A program made the position numbers and the translations under genes. DNA of 64,000 nucleotides from Felis catus (taxonomy: Eukaryota), in the NCBI RefSeq assembly GCF_018350175.1, contig NC_058381.1, positions 42,780,001-42,844,000 of the forward strand, in the 5' to 3' direction. Shown here one piece after another: positions 38,501 to 48,484 of the stretch. The notes below the pieces were generated by a model. That model was not told the origin of the DNA. It ran no database searches and saw only the letters and a program-made list of their open reading frames with translations. Every line of letters starts with the position of its first letter. Position 1 is the stretch's first letter.

Positions 38501-41500
38501 ATCGGCGGGAGGGCCTGCCTGAGCCCAGTGATGCCACCCATCTCTTCTCGTGAGTCCCGCAGCCCCCACATCCTGTCAGCCTCTCATGGTTGCTGCAGTG
38601 CACAGGGTTGCTGAACACCTGCTCTGCGTCAGGTGCCCTTGCAGGGCCCGGGCACTGGGCTCGCCTTGCACCAGCCCCCAGCCACTTGTCACAGGCTGGA
38701 CGATGTCCCTTACATCTTAGGCTGATGCCCGTTTTCCCTGCCCCCCAGCGATCTTCCTCTGCCTATCATCTCCCTTTTGTTCCCTCTTCTCTTTTCAAAC
38801 TGTCCCAGCATTCCTTCCTCAAGGACCCAATGCCCGAAAGAAGAAAAAAATCTGATAAAACTCCTTATGATTAGAGATGATCTTATAGGAGCCTCTCATT
38901 TGACTTATGGACAAACAGAGAGAGGAAGGGGCTTGCCTGAGGTCACACAGGCTGACAGGAAAGGCAGTGCCCACCTCCCCAAAGAAGGGCTCTAGTGTAG
39001 GAGGCTCCCCAGCCTCCCCTTCACAGCCTAGGGAAGGCACCATAGGCAAGGCAAGGGGTTCTCCTAACAATCCTCTCCCTTCCAGGGGCAGAACTTTCCA
39101 GAGCACCAGTAGTGGGGCCGCCTACGTGGGGGGAATCTGCTCGCTATCCAGGGGTGGGGGTGTGAATGAGGTAAGCAGTGTGGGGTATGGCTGGGGGTGG
39201 GGGTTGAAGACAGGGACTGTGAAGGGCATGAGCCCTGTGCCTTTGGACGGATGTAGACATCTTTGTGTTCCATCTTCCTCACCTCAAGTACGACAACATG
39301 GGGGCCATGGCAGTGACCCTGGCCCAAACGCTGGGACAGAACCTGGGCATGATGTGGAATAAACACCGGAGCTCAGCAGGTATCAATGAAAACCCATGTG
39401 GCCCCACAACCAGCCTAGACCCACTCCCAGCAGCTCTAGAAGTGAAGAGAGTGTCCATGGGAGGGGGGCAGTCCTCCACCCTCCCTTATATCCACTTGGC
39501 TCACTCCTCAGGGGACTGCAAATGCCCGGACAACTGGCTGGGCTGCATCATGGAGGACACTGGGTGAGTTCTTAGGGACAAACTAGGGGAGGGTCTTGGG
39601 CGAGGGAGAATCTGGACCCAGTGGGTGGTAGTCTGGACCCAGTGGCCTCGGGAGGCCCAACTATTGGGACCACTTAGGATTTCAATAAGCTCAGTTTTCA
39701 GTTTTCTGAGGACCCTGCACCAGGAGACCCACATTCCCTAGCTGGACACAAAAACTGCTAGGCTGTAGTGCGCGCTGTCGCCACTGGGTGCCGCCAAAGC
39801 CTCACTTGGAGGCACCTTTCCGCCTTAGCGCTCCAACCTCCCAACTGCTGAGTCCTGAGGTTTGGAGGGGGGTGGGAGACAGGAGCAACGTCCCCTGCCC
39901 ACTTCTGCTTGGTGGCAGGAGGATTATTACGCAGTCTCCGGACACACAGATCCTCAGGCTCCTCGAGATGGTGACCTACTACCCTTATGCACCCCATCCC
40001 CAATCTTGAGAAGGGGCGAGAGAGTGGGCCTGGACTCAGCGGCTCCGTCCCTTACCCCTGCCCAGATTCTACCTGCCCCGCAAGTTCTCGCGCTGCAGCA
40101 TCGACGAATACAACCAGTTTCTGCAGGAAGGAGGCGGGAGCTGTCTCTTCAACAAGCCTCTCAAGGTACTAGCCCCTGGGGGTGGGGGCGTGGGAACGAG
40201 GTTTGGACAGGGTCCCGGCCAGACTCCCGACACCCCTCCCCCGTCCAGCTCCTGGACCCGCCTGAGTGTGGAAACGGCTTCGTGGAGGCGGGAGAGGAGT
40301 GCGACTGTGGCTCGGTGCAGGTGAGAGACTAGTGAGGGCTCCAGGTGGGTGACAGGGGCGCGCGCCAGAGCACGTCTGGGTGGGGAGGTTCAGGACTTGT
40401 CCACCTCCCTGCCCTTGTCCCCGCGTCCCTCAGGAGTGCAGCCGTGCGGGCGGGAATTGCTGCAAGAAATGCACCCTGACTCACGACGCCATGTGCAGCG
40501 ACGGGCTCTGCTGTCGCCGCTGCAAGGTAAGGGGCAACTACCGTCAGGGCAGGACGGAAGCACACCTAGGAGGGGAGGGGGCCGCGGACATCCCGATAAG
40601 GGGCGGTGCTTAGGGAGGAGGAGCCGCCGGAGGCGGAGTAAATGTGGGGCGGGACTTGACGCAAAGAAAGCGCCAATGGAGCGGGAGAGGGGCGGGGCGT
40701 GCGCCCCCCAAAGGGCCTGTTAAAGGCAGGGCTACGAGGAACGGGGCGAGGCACCTATCCGGAGGTGGTGGGAGGGGCGGAACCGTGAGCGGGCCTGGGG
40801 GCGGTGCTGAGTGGGCCGGGAGGGGCCGAGGGGCGGGCGAGGAGTTGCCGAGATGAGTGAGGGGCCTCGAGAAAGGCGGGCGGGGAGTCGGCGGTTCTGG
40901 ACTGAGCCACGATCCCTTTCCCAGTACGAGCCGCGGGGTGTGTCCTGTCGAGAGGCGGTGAACGAGTGCGACATCGCGGAGACCTGCACCGGGGACTCGA
41001 GCCAGGTCCGTCCGGCCCAGCCGCCCTGAGGGACCCTGGGCGAGGCAACCCCTATCCCTATCGCTTTGGCTCCTCGGAGCTACGTGTCTCTGAGGCTCTT
41101 CCCTCCGCTGCTGGTGTCGCCACCGCTGGTCAGCCTCAGTTTCCTCGACTGAGAAACCGGTTCTTCATGCCTCCTGGTTTTGTTTCTTCAGTCATTATAT
41201 CAGTATAGTCTGGCTGGGGTTCCCAGGGCCTGGCACGGTGCCTGGTGTGTACTCGGGATCAAAGTGTGTAATAATATTAGTTAACATCTCTTAAGTCCTT
41301 ATTACGTGCCACGTACTTAGTTCCATTTAGTTCTCCCAGCTCTGTGAAGTAGGTACAGGATACAGGGAGAGGCTATGGGATTTGCCAGTCTGCGTCGTCG
41401 TAGCCTGAGTTCTAAGCCAGACCTCTTGTCCTTGACATGAAAGAGCACTGAACTATGAGCCCCACGAGGGGCGCATTTGGCACCCCTTCATCCCTCGGCT

Positions 41501-44242
41501 CTCAGTCCAGCACCTCTCTCCACAGTGTCCCCCTAACCTGCACAAGCTGGATGGTTACTACTGCGATCACGAACAGGTATGATGGGGTGGGGGCTCCTCC
41601 TCCTCAGGGCCTCTGACTCAGTACAGTCTCTTGTCTTGTATCCATTCTGACCACTCCGTGTCTCAGTCCCTTGTCTCCTGTTTTTCCTCAGGGCCGCTGC
41701 TATGGAGGTCGCTGCAAAACCCGGGACCGGCAGTGCCAAGCCCTTTGGGGCCACGGTGAGTCTTTGGCTGGGAGTGGGAGAGGGTCTCTGGAGGACCCAG
41801 AATCAAGAGGCTGAGGAGGGGCAAGTTCTCGCTAAAAATACCCTCTTACGAGTGCGTGGCTCTCCAGGATCTCAGGAACCCAGCTGGACTGGGGATCAGG
41901 CCAGAGTGTTGGAGATGCAGGCCTGAGGTCCCCGGGCGAGTGGGTGACGCTTGGCATCATCTCCTTACAGCGGCTGCTGATCGCTTCTGCTATGAGAAGC
42001 TGAACGTGGAGGGGACAGAGCGTGGGAACTGTGGACGCAAGGGGTCAGGCTGGGTCCAGTGCAATAAACAGTGAGTTGCCAAGGCTCCTGGTTGGCCTCC
42101 CCAGCTCTGGGGCTGGGGAGGGTTTTTGTCAGAGTTGGGACAGAAGGTTCTAGGATGAGCCTATGAGTCCCAACAGAGAATATGTGAAAAATTAGGCGGT
42201 GGGGAGAAGGCAGATTCGAGTTCAGAAGTAATAGTAGTAGTAGTTGGGTTGAAGGTCAGACTTGGGGCTCACTGTCTCCATGCTGCCCCAACAGGGACGT
42301 GCTCTGTGGCTTCCTCCTCTGTGTGAACATCTCTGGAGCTCCTCGACTGGGAGATCTAGGGGGGGACATCAACAGTGTCACCTTCTACCACCAGGGCAAG
42401 GAGCTGGACTGCAGGTTTGGGCTGGGACCCGGTCTGGGGAGGGGCAGACTGCAGCCGCGATGGGGGTGGGGGACAAGGGCTGAGGCTGGCCATGCCGGCT
42501 CCCCCAGGGGTGGCCACGTCCAGCTGGCTGACGGCTCCGACCTGAGTTACGTGGAGGATGGCACAGCCTGTGGGCCCAACATGCTGTGCCTGGATCATCG
42601 CTGCCTGCCTGCCTCTGCCTTCAACTTCAGCACTTGCCCCGGCAGTGGGGAACGCCGGATCTGCTCCCACCACGGAGTGCGTGCCTGGAGGCTGGGGATG
42701 GTGGGAGGAGCTCATGAGGGGGGCGACAGAGCCCCTCTCACGTCTGTTGGCCCCACCCCACCTCCAGGTCTGCAGCAACGAAGGGAAGTGCATCTGTCAG
42801 CCCGACTGGACAGGAAAAGACTGCAGCATTCACAACCCCCTGCCCACGTCTCCACCCACGGGGGAGACGGAGAGATATAAGGGTGAGACTGCAGCTGGCC
42901 GGGATGGGGCTCTGTCTCTCCCCTTCCCCGCGCCTGTCCCTGCCAACCGAGCCCTGCCCTCCTCCCCAGGTCCCAGCGGTACCAACATCATCATCGGCTC
43001 CATCGCGGGGGCTGTCCTGGTTGCAGCCATCGTCCTGGGCGGCACGGGCTGGGGATTTAAGTAAGAGACACACATGCGCCCCCCACACCACTAGGTGTTC
43101 TTTGTGTGTGGAGGGTGGGTATTGGAACCCCAGAATGTTGGAGCTGAGGGGGCCTTTCTGAGAAGTTAGCTAATAAGCCAGAGTCTGAGCCAGCCACAGG
43201 GTCTTGTTTTGCTCACATTTAGAAAAACTAAGAGGTTTACATTAACAGTCCTGATTTCTAGCTTCTCTTGCAAAAGAAGACTGGCGCTCAGTACGTCTCA
43301 GCACGGCCATGGAGTGGAGCTGAGCAGGGGCTGCCTAAAACAGGGCTGTGTCCTCTGTCCCTAGGCCCCTAGTCCCCACCTAGCCTACAGTGTTCTGTGA
43401 GGCTAGGGCCTCACAGTCTGGGGCCCTGGAGCTGGTCTCACCCCTTCAAGGTGCAGAGGAGGGACCTGAGGCCCAGGGTCATGTGGTATGTTAGTTGCAG
43501 AATCAGGACTCAAACCCAGGTATCTCTCTCTAGGCCTAGCTTTAGTGACCAGGTCCTAGGGACCCTGGCTAATCTCTGGGGCAAGGGGTCTCATGGGAGC
43601 CAGAAAGGCCCTCTCTGAGAGAAGGGCAAGGTCACAGATGGCTCCTTTTCTTTCCCCCTCTGCCTGTCCTCTCCTTGGCTCCTGAAGAAACATCCGCCGG
43701 GGAAGGTACGACCCGACCCAGCAGGGGGCAGTGTGACGCCGGCCACGTCATCCCTCCCGCTGTGCCTGTCTCCTCCATCTCATTCGTCACCTCACATTCT
43801 GTCGATGGGGGAGCCAGGGGCTGATTCCCCACCCCTGCTGTCACTGCTGTCACTACAGGGGTGGGAGAGCCCTGCTCCGGAAAGAAAGCCCTCAGCCTGC
43901 CCTTGCCCCTTCCTCCTGCCCACCTGCCCTCCCAGGCCTTGGTCCATTTACTCCTGCCCTTCCAATGGCCACATCACCCCTGCCCAGGTGGGCCCTGGAG
44001 CTGTGTCCCCTGTAGTCCCCATCCCCGGGGAGAGGAGCTACCTCTGCGTCCCATCTGTTTTGTCTTCCATGTCACCGCTGTCTGAACTTCCCACCAGATC
44101 CCCTCCCTGGCCAGCCTGTGACTTGCCGCCTCTAGGGCCCAGCACTGACCTCCTAGGGCCTGGCTCAGGGGCTCTCCCTCTGGGCCCTGCCTCACATCCT
44201 CCCCTGATGCCCCCTCTCCGTTCCAGGTCCGGAGGGGCCTAA
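26137..44242 (+). CDS. ADAM11: ADAM11 (MDC), non-proteolytic disintegrin/metalloprotease-domain protein; 27 exons, 771 aa
   Basis: 27 GT-AG exons sum to 2316 nt in one frame. They encode a signal peptide, prodomain, furin site RLRRKR, and a metalloprotease-like domain with [12 protein letters not shown] replacing HExxHxxGxxH. Disintegrin, Cys-rich, EGF-like and TM ([25 protein letters not shown]) segments follow, then the tail KNIRRGRSGGA*. Confidence 0.97.
26656..26831 (+). CDS. ADAM11: ADAM11 exon 2
   Basis: ctcag|[13 protein letters not shown]...[12 protein letters not shown]|gtgagt. Confidence 0.93.
27381..27806. other. Two assembly gaps (N 27381-27536 and 27675-27806) in ADAM11 intron 2
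   Basis: Runs of N. Confidence 0.99.
28470..29300. mobile_element. MIR interrupted by three nested CAN-SINEs
   Basis: MIR core (cccattttacagatgagcaaactgaggctcagagaagtt). Outer TSD tcaaagtcaa(t/c)cagatcttt; inner TSDs agatctttt and aagagttggacactt. Confidence 0.88.
33960..34160 (+). mobile_element. MIR element (one of several MIR fragments in ADAM11 intron 2)
   Basis: tgcgtgactttgggcatgttagttagcctctctgcttcggtttccccatctgt...agaacagtgcctggcgcataataaatgctcaataaa. Confidence 0.8.
35384..35460 (+). CDS. ADAM11: ADAM11 exon 3
   Basis: cccag|[25 protein letters not shown]|gtgagt. Confidence 0.93.
35657..35723 (+). CDS. ADAM11: ADAM11 exon 4
   Basis: tccag|[22 protein letters not shown]|gtgagt. 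Confidence 0.93.
36735..36820 (+). CDS. ADAM11: ADAM11 exon 5
   Basis: tccag|[28 protein letters not shown]|gtgagt. Confidence 0.93.
36910..36985 (+). CDS. ADAM11: ADAM11 exon 6
   Basis: cgcag|[25 protein letters not shown]|gtgagc. Confidence 0.93.
37386..37452 (+). CDS. ADAM11: ADAM11 exon 7
   Basis: tgcag|[22 protein letters not shown]|gtaagg. Confidence 0.93.
37521..37588 (+). CDS. ADAM11: ADAM11 exon 8 (furin site)
   Basis: cccag|[22 protein letters not shown]|gtacgg. Confidence 0.93.
37946..38020 (+). CDS. ADAM11: ADAM11 exon 9
   Basis: cccag|[25 protein letters not shown]|gtaaga. Confidence 0.93.
38101..38172 (+). CDS. ADAM11: ADAM11 exon 10
   Basis: cccag|[24 protein letters not shown]|gtgagc. 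Confidence 0.93.
38383..38549 (+). CDS. ADAM11: ADAM11 exon 11
   Basis: cccag|[18 protein letters not shown]...EPSDATHLF|gtgagt. Confidence 0.93.
39086..39170 (+). CDS. ADAM11: ADAM11 exon 12
   Basis: tccag|[28 protein letters not shown]|gtaagc. Confidence 0.93.
39289..39379 (+). CDS. ADAM11: ADAM11 exon 13 (degenerate zinc-binding motif)
   Basis: tcaag|[30 protein letters not shown]|gtatca. Confidence 0.92.
39512..39563 (+). CDS. ADAM11: ADAM11 exon 14 (Met-turn)
   Basis: ctcag|[16 protein letters not shown]|gtgagt. Confidence 0.93.
40066..40165 (+). CDS. ADAM11: ADAM11 exon 15
   Basis: cccag|[33 protein letters not shown]|gtacta. Confidence 0.93.
40249..40320 (+). CDS. ADAM11: ADAM11 exon 16 (start of disintegrin domain)
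   Basis: tccag|[24 protein letters not shown]|gtgaga. Confidence 0.94.
40434..40526 (+). CDS. ADAM11: ADAM11 exon 17
   Basis: ctcag|[31 protein letters not shown]|gtaagg. Confidence 0.94.
40925..41005 (+). CDS. ADAM11: ADAM11 exon 18 (disintegrin loop)
   Basis: cccag|[27 protein letters not shown]|gtccgt. Confidence 0.94.
41526..41576 (+). CDS. ADAM11: ADAM11 exon 19
   Basis: cacag|[17 protein letters not shown]|gtatga. Confidence 0.93.
41692..41755 (+). CDS. ADAM11: ADAM11 exon 20
   Basis: ctcag|[21 protein letters not shown]|gtgagt. Confidence 0.93.
41971..42070 (+). CDS. ADAM11: ADAM11 exon 21
   Basis: tacag|[32 protein letters not shown]|gtgagt. Confidence 0.93.
42295..42414 (+). CDS. 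ADAM11: ADAM11 exon 22
   Basis: aacag|[39 protein letters not shown]|gtttgg. Confidence 0.93.
42508..42676 (+). CDS. ADAM11: ADAM11 exon 23
   Basis: cccag|[27 protein letters not shown]...ICSHHG|gtgcgt. Confidence 0.93.
42768..42882 (+). CDS. ADAM11: ADAM11 exon 24 (EGF-like)
   Basis: tccag|[38 protein letters not shown]|gtgaga. Confidence 0.93.
42970..43060 (+). CDS. ADAM11: ADAM11 exon 25 (transmembrane helix)
   Basis: cccag|[29 protein letters not shown]|gtaaga. Confidence 0.94.
43688..43705 (+). CDS. ADAM11: ADAM11 exon 26 (18-nt microexon; read-through to 43736 gives an alternative C-terminus)
   Basis: Long pyrimidine tract, gaag|(K)NIRRG(R)|gtacga. Confidence 0.88.
44227..44242 (+). 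CDS. ADAM11: ADAM11 exon 27 coding part
   Basis: ttccag|(R)SGGA TAA. Confidence 0.85.
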
Positions 44243-46305
44243 GTGCCACCCCCTCCCTCCGAGCCTGGCGCCCACCGTCTCCGCCCTGAACCACGAGGCT
44301 GCCCCCGCCCAGCCACGGAGGGAGGCACCATGCAAATGTCTTCCGGGCCCAAGCCCTTCAACTCCTGGTTCCATGGGGGTTTGGGGGGGGGTGTGGCCTC
44401 GCCCTTCACATCACCAAGGTGGACCAGGCCTGGGGCCTTTCCCTCATGGTCCCTCACCCCACCTCATGCGGCTTTGGCCTTGTACACCAACTCTCCCTGT
44501 GTGAATGTAGCTTCCATCATCACGGACTGCCGCAGCTCAAGGTTGGAGGGGGGGCTAGAGGGATGCCCTCCCCCCAGTGGGCATGGCCTGGGAAGGCCCT
44601 TCCTCAAAACCAGGCAGCTGGGACCAGGGTTTTAGCTCTCTGGGACTTAGGGGGAGGGGGCTGACATCTACACTTTTTTTTAACTGAATCTTAACTGATG
44701 AATGTAACTTTGGGGGTGCTGGGGCGAGGGAAGTTGGGATATTTTGACATTTCCAGGAGGGACCAGAGGAACTGAGGCCTGGCCCTTCCCTGGGGCCCTT
44801 TCCCTGGACGATCACACCTGGAATCCTCTCACTGAACATAGCTGTCCCCAAGCCATGCAGGGGTAGGGCGTCCTTGCTTGCCCCTCGGCCCAGCCCTGCG
44901 GAGCTTGGAGAGCAGAATGAGCGCTGATTCAAACCAAAGCTGCCTGTTCTGTGCCCAAGGCCTAAGTCATGGGTGCGGCGACCACATGTCCCAGATTGTC
45001 TACAATTTCAAAGTGACCATCCTGCTGTCCCTGCCAGGACGCATGTATTTGGGGGTCTAGAAAATACAGTCCCTGAACTAAAAAGGCACCTTCCCCTTTT
45101 CAAGAAGGGTGATTCCGGGGCTGACTCAGGGTTTAGGTGCCCCCCCCACCCCCCCTTGTGGCCTAGAGGTCCCAGGCTGGGCCATCTTCCCAGGGAGGAT
45201 TCTCCCAAGCAGGAAAAGCCAGGGGTGGCCCTGTGACTGGAGGGTGAGGGCTTTCGCCTGCAATGTACAAGAGAAGGTAAGAAAAGGCAGGTCTCCTATA
45301 TGATCCTCAGCTTCTAGAAAAGTCCTCAAGGCCCTGTCAAACTCATTCTGCTCCTTACCCCCATTCCAGGGCTGAGTAGTAAGTTTACAGTTGTTCTCCC
45401 CATTACGTCCTCCGATTCCCACTGCAGCCGAGCCTGAGAGGCCGAGGCTGGGCGGGATTCCTCAGCCCTCCCATGAACTCAGTCCTGCCCATGCATGGCC
45501 TTCCCTCAAGACCCATGGGACAGTGAAGCCTTGGCTCGACTGCTAAAAACCAGCTGGCAAGGGCAAGATGGGGATCAAGCTACCTTATGGGATGAAAGCC
45601 ACAAATGAGCAGAGCCCCTCTCCCCAGGAATACCCCACCCAGACACAGCAGGGGTTTCTGAACACCCCAGGGCCTTTGAGCTGTTATAGTCCCTCTGTTT
45701 CTGGGGCATCTGTGAGGAGGAAATGGCTCCCTGTTTATCTGCACCACCCCTCAGGGCAAACTGGGGACTGAGACCCATTGACACCCTTATGGGTGGCCGG
45801 ATGTGGCTACGGTGGGGTCCTCAATACTGCGGTCCAGCTGGCACTGCCCAAGAGAAGGGGGGGGCGGGGCACCCTCTGGCCAGTCCTGCTCCACCAGCCC
45901 CACAAGCAGGAGGGGAAGGGCTGGGGTTTGCACCGCTGCTGCCGTACCGGTACCGGAAGACACTCTGGTGGTACGCGTGTGCACACAGCCGGCGATGCAT
46001 CTGGCACAAGCATTTGGATCCACATCTCTGCACAAGTGTGAATACCTCTACACACGCAGACATGCCTGTGTGTGCACACACACGGGAGTGGGCGTGGGGA
46101 TGTGGAGGACTCAAGACCTCCTGCGACCAGTCCACCTGGCTCCCAGCCGTCTGCATCCTCCCGCCCCACCCGGGCCGGGCCCACCCCGGCAGCACCCAGG
46201 GAGGAGTGGAGGCTGCCCTGGCCTGGGCCTGGAACTGGCTCCATACAGCATCCTGTAAATATGTCATCTGGGGCTCGGGGTGGGGAGGCAGGGACAGGAA
46301 CATCA

Positions 46306-46311
46306 ATTAAA
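46306..46311 (+). terminator. Probable ADAM11 polyadenylation signal
   Basis: ATTAAA about 2 kb after the stop, with TGTA upstream (46254) and a GT/T-rich tract downstream (tgtgtctctttttct). Confidence 0.6.
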
Positions 46312-48161
46312 GATCATGTCCTGGGGCTTCCATGGAGCTCACACCAACCTGTGTCTCTTTTTCTGTAAATGACCTCACTGTGACTCGGGACCCTTCCCTG
46401 GCCCCAGAGGGAACATGATGACTGGGCCACTGAGGGGAGGAAGTGAGCACCCAGGACCAGGCGCTGGGAGACCTGGGCGAGGGGTGTAGTTTTCCATTCC
46501 CGGCCAGGAAATAGGCGCAGACTGGGTGGAGGGCCAGCCCTTCCGCTTCCTCGGCTCTCCCAGCAAAGATAACTGCCTTCCTCTGGCTTCGGCAAAGCAG
46601 AAGCGGAGGTGAATAGGAAGCCTCTTACCCAAAGGCAGGAGACCCAGCTTCCCTTTTATGGTTAAGGTCAGAGAAGCCTCTCTTGCCTCCGAAGAGATTC
46701 CAGAAAGGTGGATAAAACCGCTAATCTGGTCCTGGGGCACCTGCTCTTCAGCCTGCAGAGTTTGCTGTCTCTCACCCCTGCCACTCCCCCACCATGCCAG
46801 AGAGGGACTGAGCAAGGCCAAGGCTTCGAGCCCCTCCCACCCCACAGGAACGTATCTTCCCATCTTCCCCTTTAGAGGCTTTGGGCCTGGAGGTGTCTGG
46901 CTCTGGAGGTCCTGCTTATTCAGGGGAAAGACAAGATGCGAGGCGGGGGCAGGGAATGAAGGCAACGTAAGATGCCAAGATACCGTAAGAGGTCATGGGA
47001 GCAGGAAATAGCAGCAGCGGTCGTGAGCTTGGAGACAATGAGCAGCCCCAGAAGCCTAGCCCCCACTGCCGAAAGGGCAGGTGTCCCAGGACCACCGCAG
47101 CTCACAAGCAGAGAGAGTAGGATTCAGGGCAGCACCAGCCCCGGTTCCTGGTCCCCACCCTGTGGTGACATCTGAGTCCCCCCAGGATTTCGGGAACACT
47201 CTACCCCCCATCTCTTCACCCTAGCTGACCAGGCAGCCCAGCTGGAATCCCTCTCAAACCCACCAGTCACTGCCTGCCTCTAGACTTGCCCTGTCTGCTC
47301 TGGGTGGGAAACCTTCTTTTTAACTTTTCTTCATTCCTGCTGCTGCCTCTCCACTCTCCTTCCTCATGTCCACTCCCTTCTTGTTTCTCGGTCTGTCCTG
47401 ACCTTCAGACTCTGAGGCGTCACACGGCTGACCCTTCAGGTAGTGAAAGATGCGGCTTCTGGAAGAGGGCACGAGTGAGGCTTGTAACTGGTGACTCGTG
47501 AAGGTCAGCGCTCAGTCACTCTTGACATCTGCTTCTCAGCCTCAGGCCGAAGCCCGGAGCTTGAGAAGTCACCTGTGTGAGTGCCCAGAGGTGCACGAGG
47601 ATGGCTGGCCATGGGAACTCTAGGGAGGGAGCCCCAGCCCTCTGCTGCCCTCTGCTGCCTGCATACCTCCTATCTGCCGTGGTGGAAGGCTCCATGGGCT
47701 GGAATGGAATATCAGATCTGGAAACAGTCTGGAAAAGTACTTACTTTGGTTTCAGAACATGTCACAGGCAGTTCTGGCAGAGTGTTTCCTAAAGACTGTG
47801 GAGGGGGACCAGAAGTTCAAAATTTGCTGTAAAGGCCACTATTGTGAGAATTCCCAGGTACGTGTTTTTTCAAAAGTCGAAAATCCCTTGATAGGATTAG
47901 GATTACCACCCCGGACTGTCTCTGAGTCACCCTCCCGAACCCGGCACTCACCTGTTCAGAATTTCTGGATGGATCATGGGTTCAGATTTCAGTTCCCAGT
48001 TCTGTGTGTGAGCCTCCTTGGTGCCCTCCTGAGTTGAAGGTGGCCACGATGGACAGCCGGGGTCACTAAGCCCACCCTGCACTTTGGAGGTGCTCAAGAG
48101 TGTGTTCGTTGAGACGAAGGAATGACTATAAATTGATTATAGCTCATCCCAGTGTCTAGAC

Positions 48162-48484
48162 CAGTGATGTTCAATAGAATAAAATGGGCGGCCCAGGAAG
48201 GCTAGCTACGTATGTGTCTTTAAATTTTTTAGTAACCTCATTAAAAAAAGAAGTAGGTAAAATGAATATTAATACTACTAAGCAAATCCAATATGTCCAA
48301 AATATTCTCATTTCAACATGTAATCGACATAAAATGATCATTGAGATGTTACATTGTTCTGTTGTTGTTGTTTGTACTAAGTCTTTGAAATCAGGAGAGT
48401 ATTTTGGACCTAAGGCCACACTAGCCACACTGCAAGTGCCCCAAAGCCACCTGCGGCCGGCGGCTACCATGCTGGACCGCACAG
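48162..48484 (+). mobile_element. MER33/MER3-like hAT-Charlie MITE
   Basis: 323-bp AT-rich element with degenerate TIRs and a perfect 8-bp TSD gtctagac (48154-48161 / 48485-48492). Confidence 0.8.

Larger units (their letters stand above)
40330..41130. promoter_or_regulatory. Intragenic CpG island over ADAM11 exons 17-18
   Basis: Local CpG enrichment with multiple GGGCGG boxes and a CCAAT in intron 17. Confidence 0.65.

Noticed and set aside
39611-39645. 14-bp direct repeat tctggacccagtgg x2 (and a similar short duplication near 60193)
   Set aside because: Simple local slippage duplications with only two copies; not an array.
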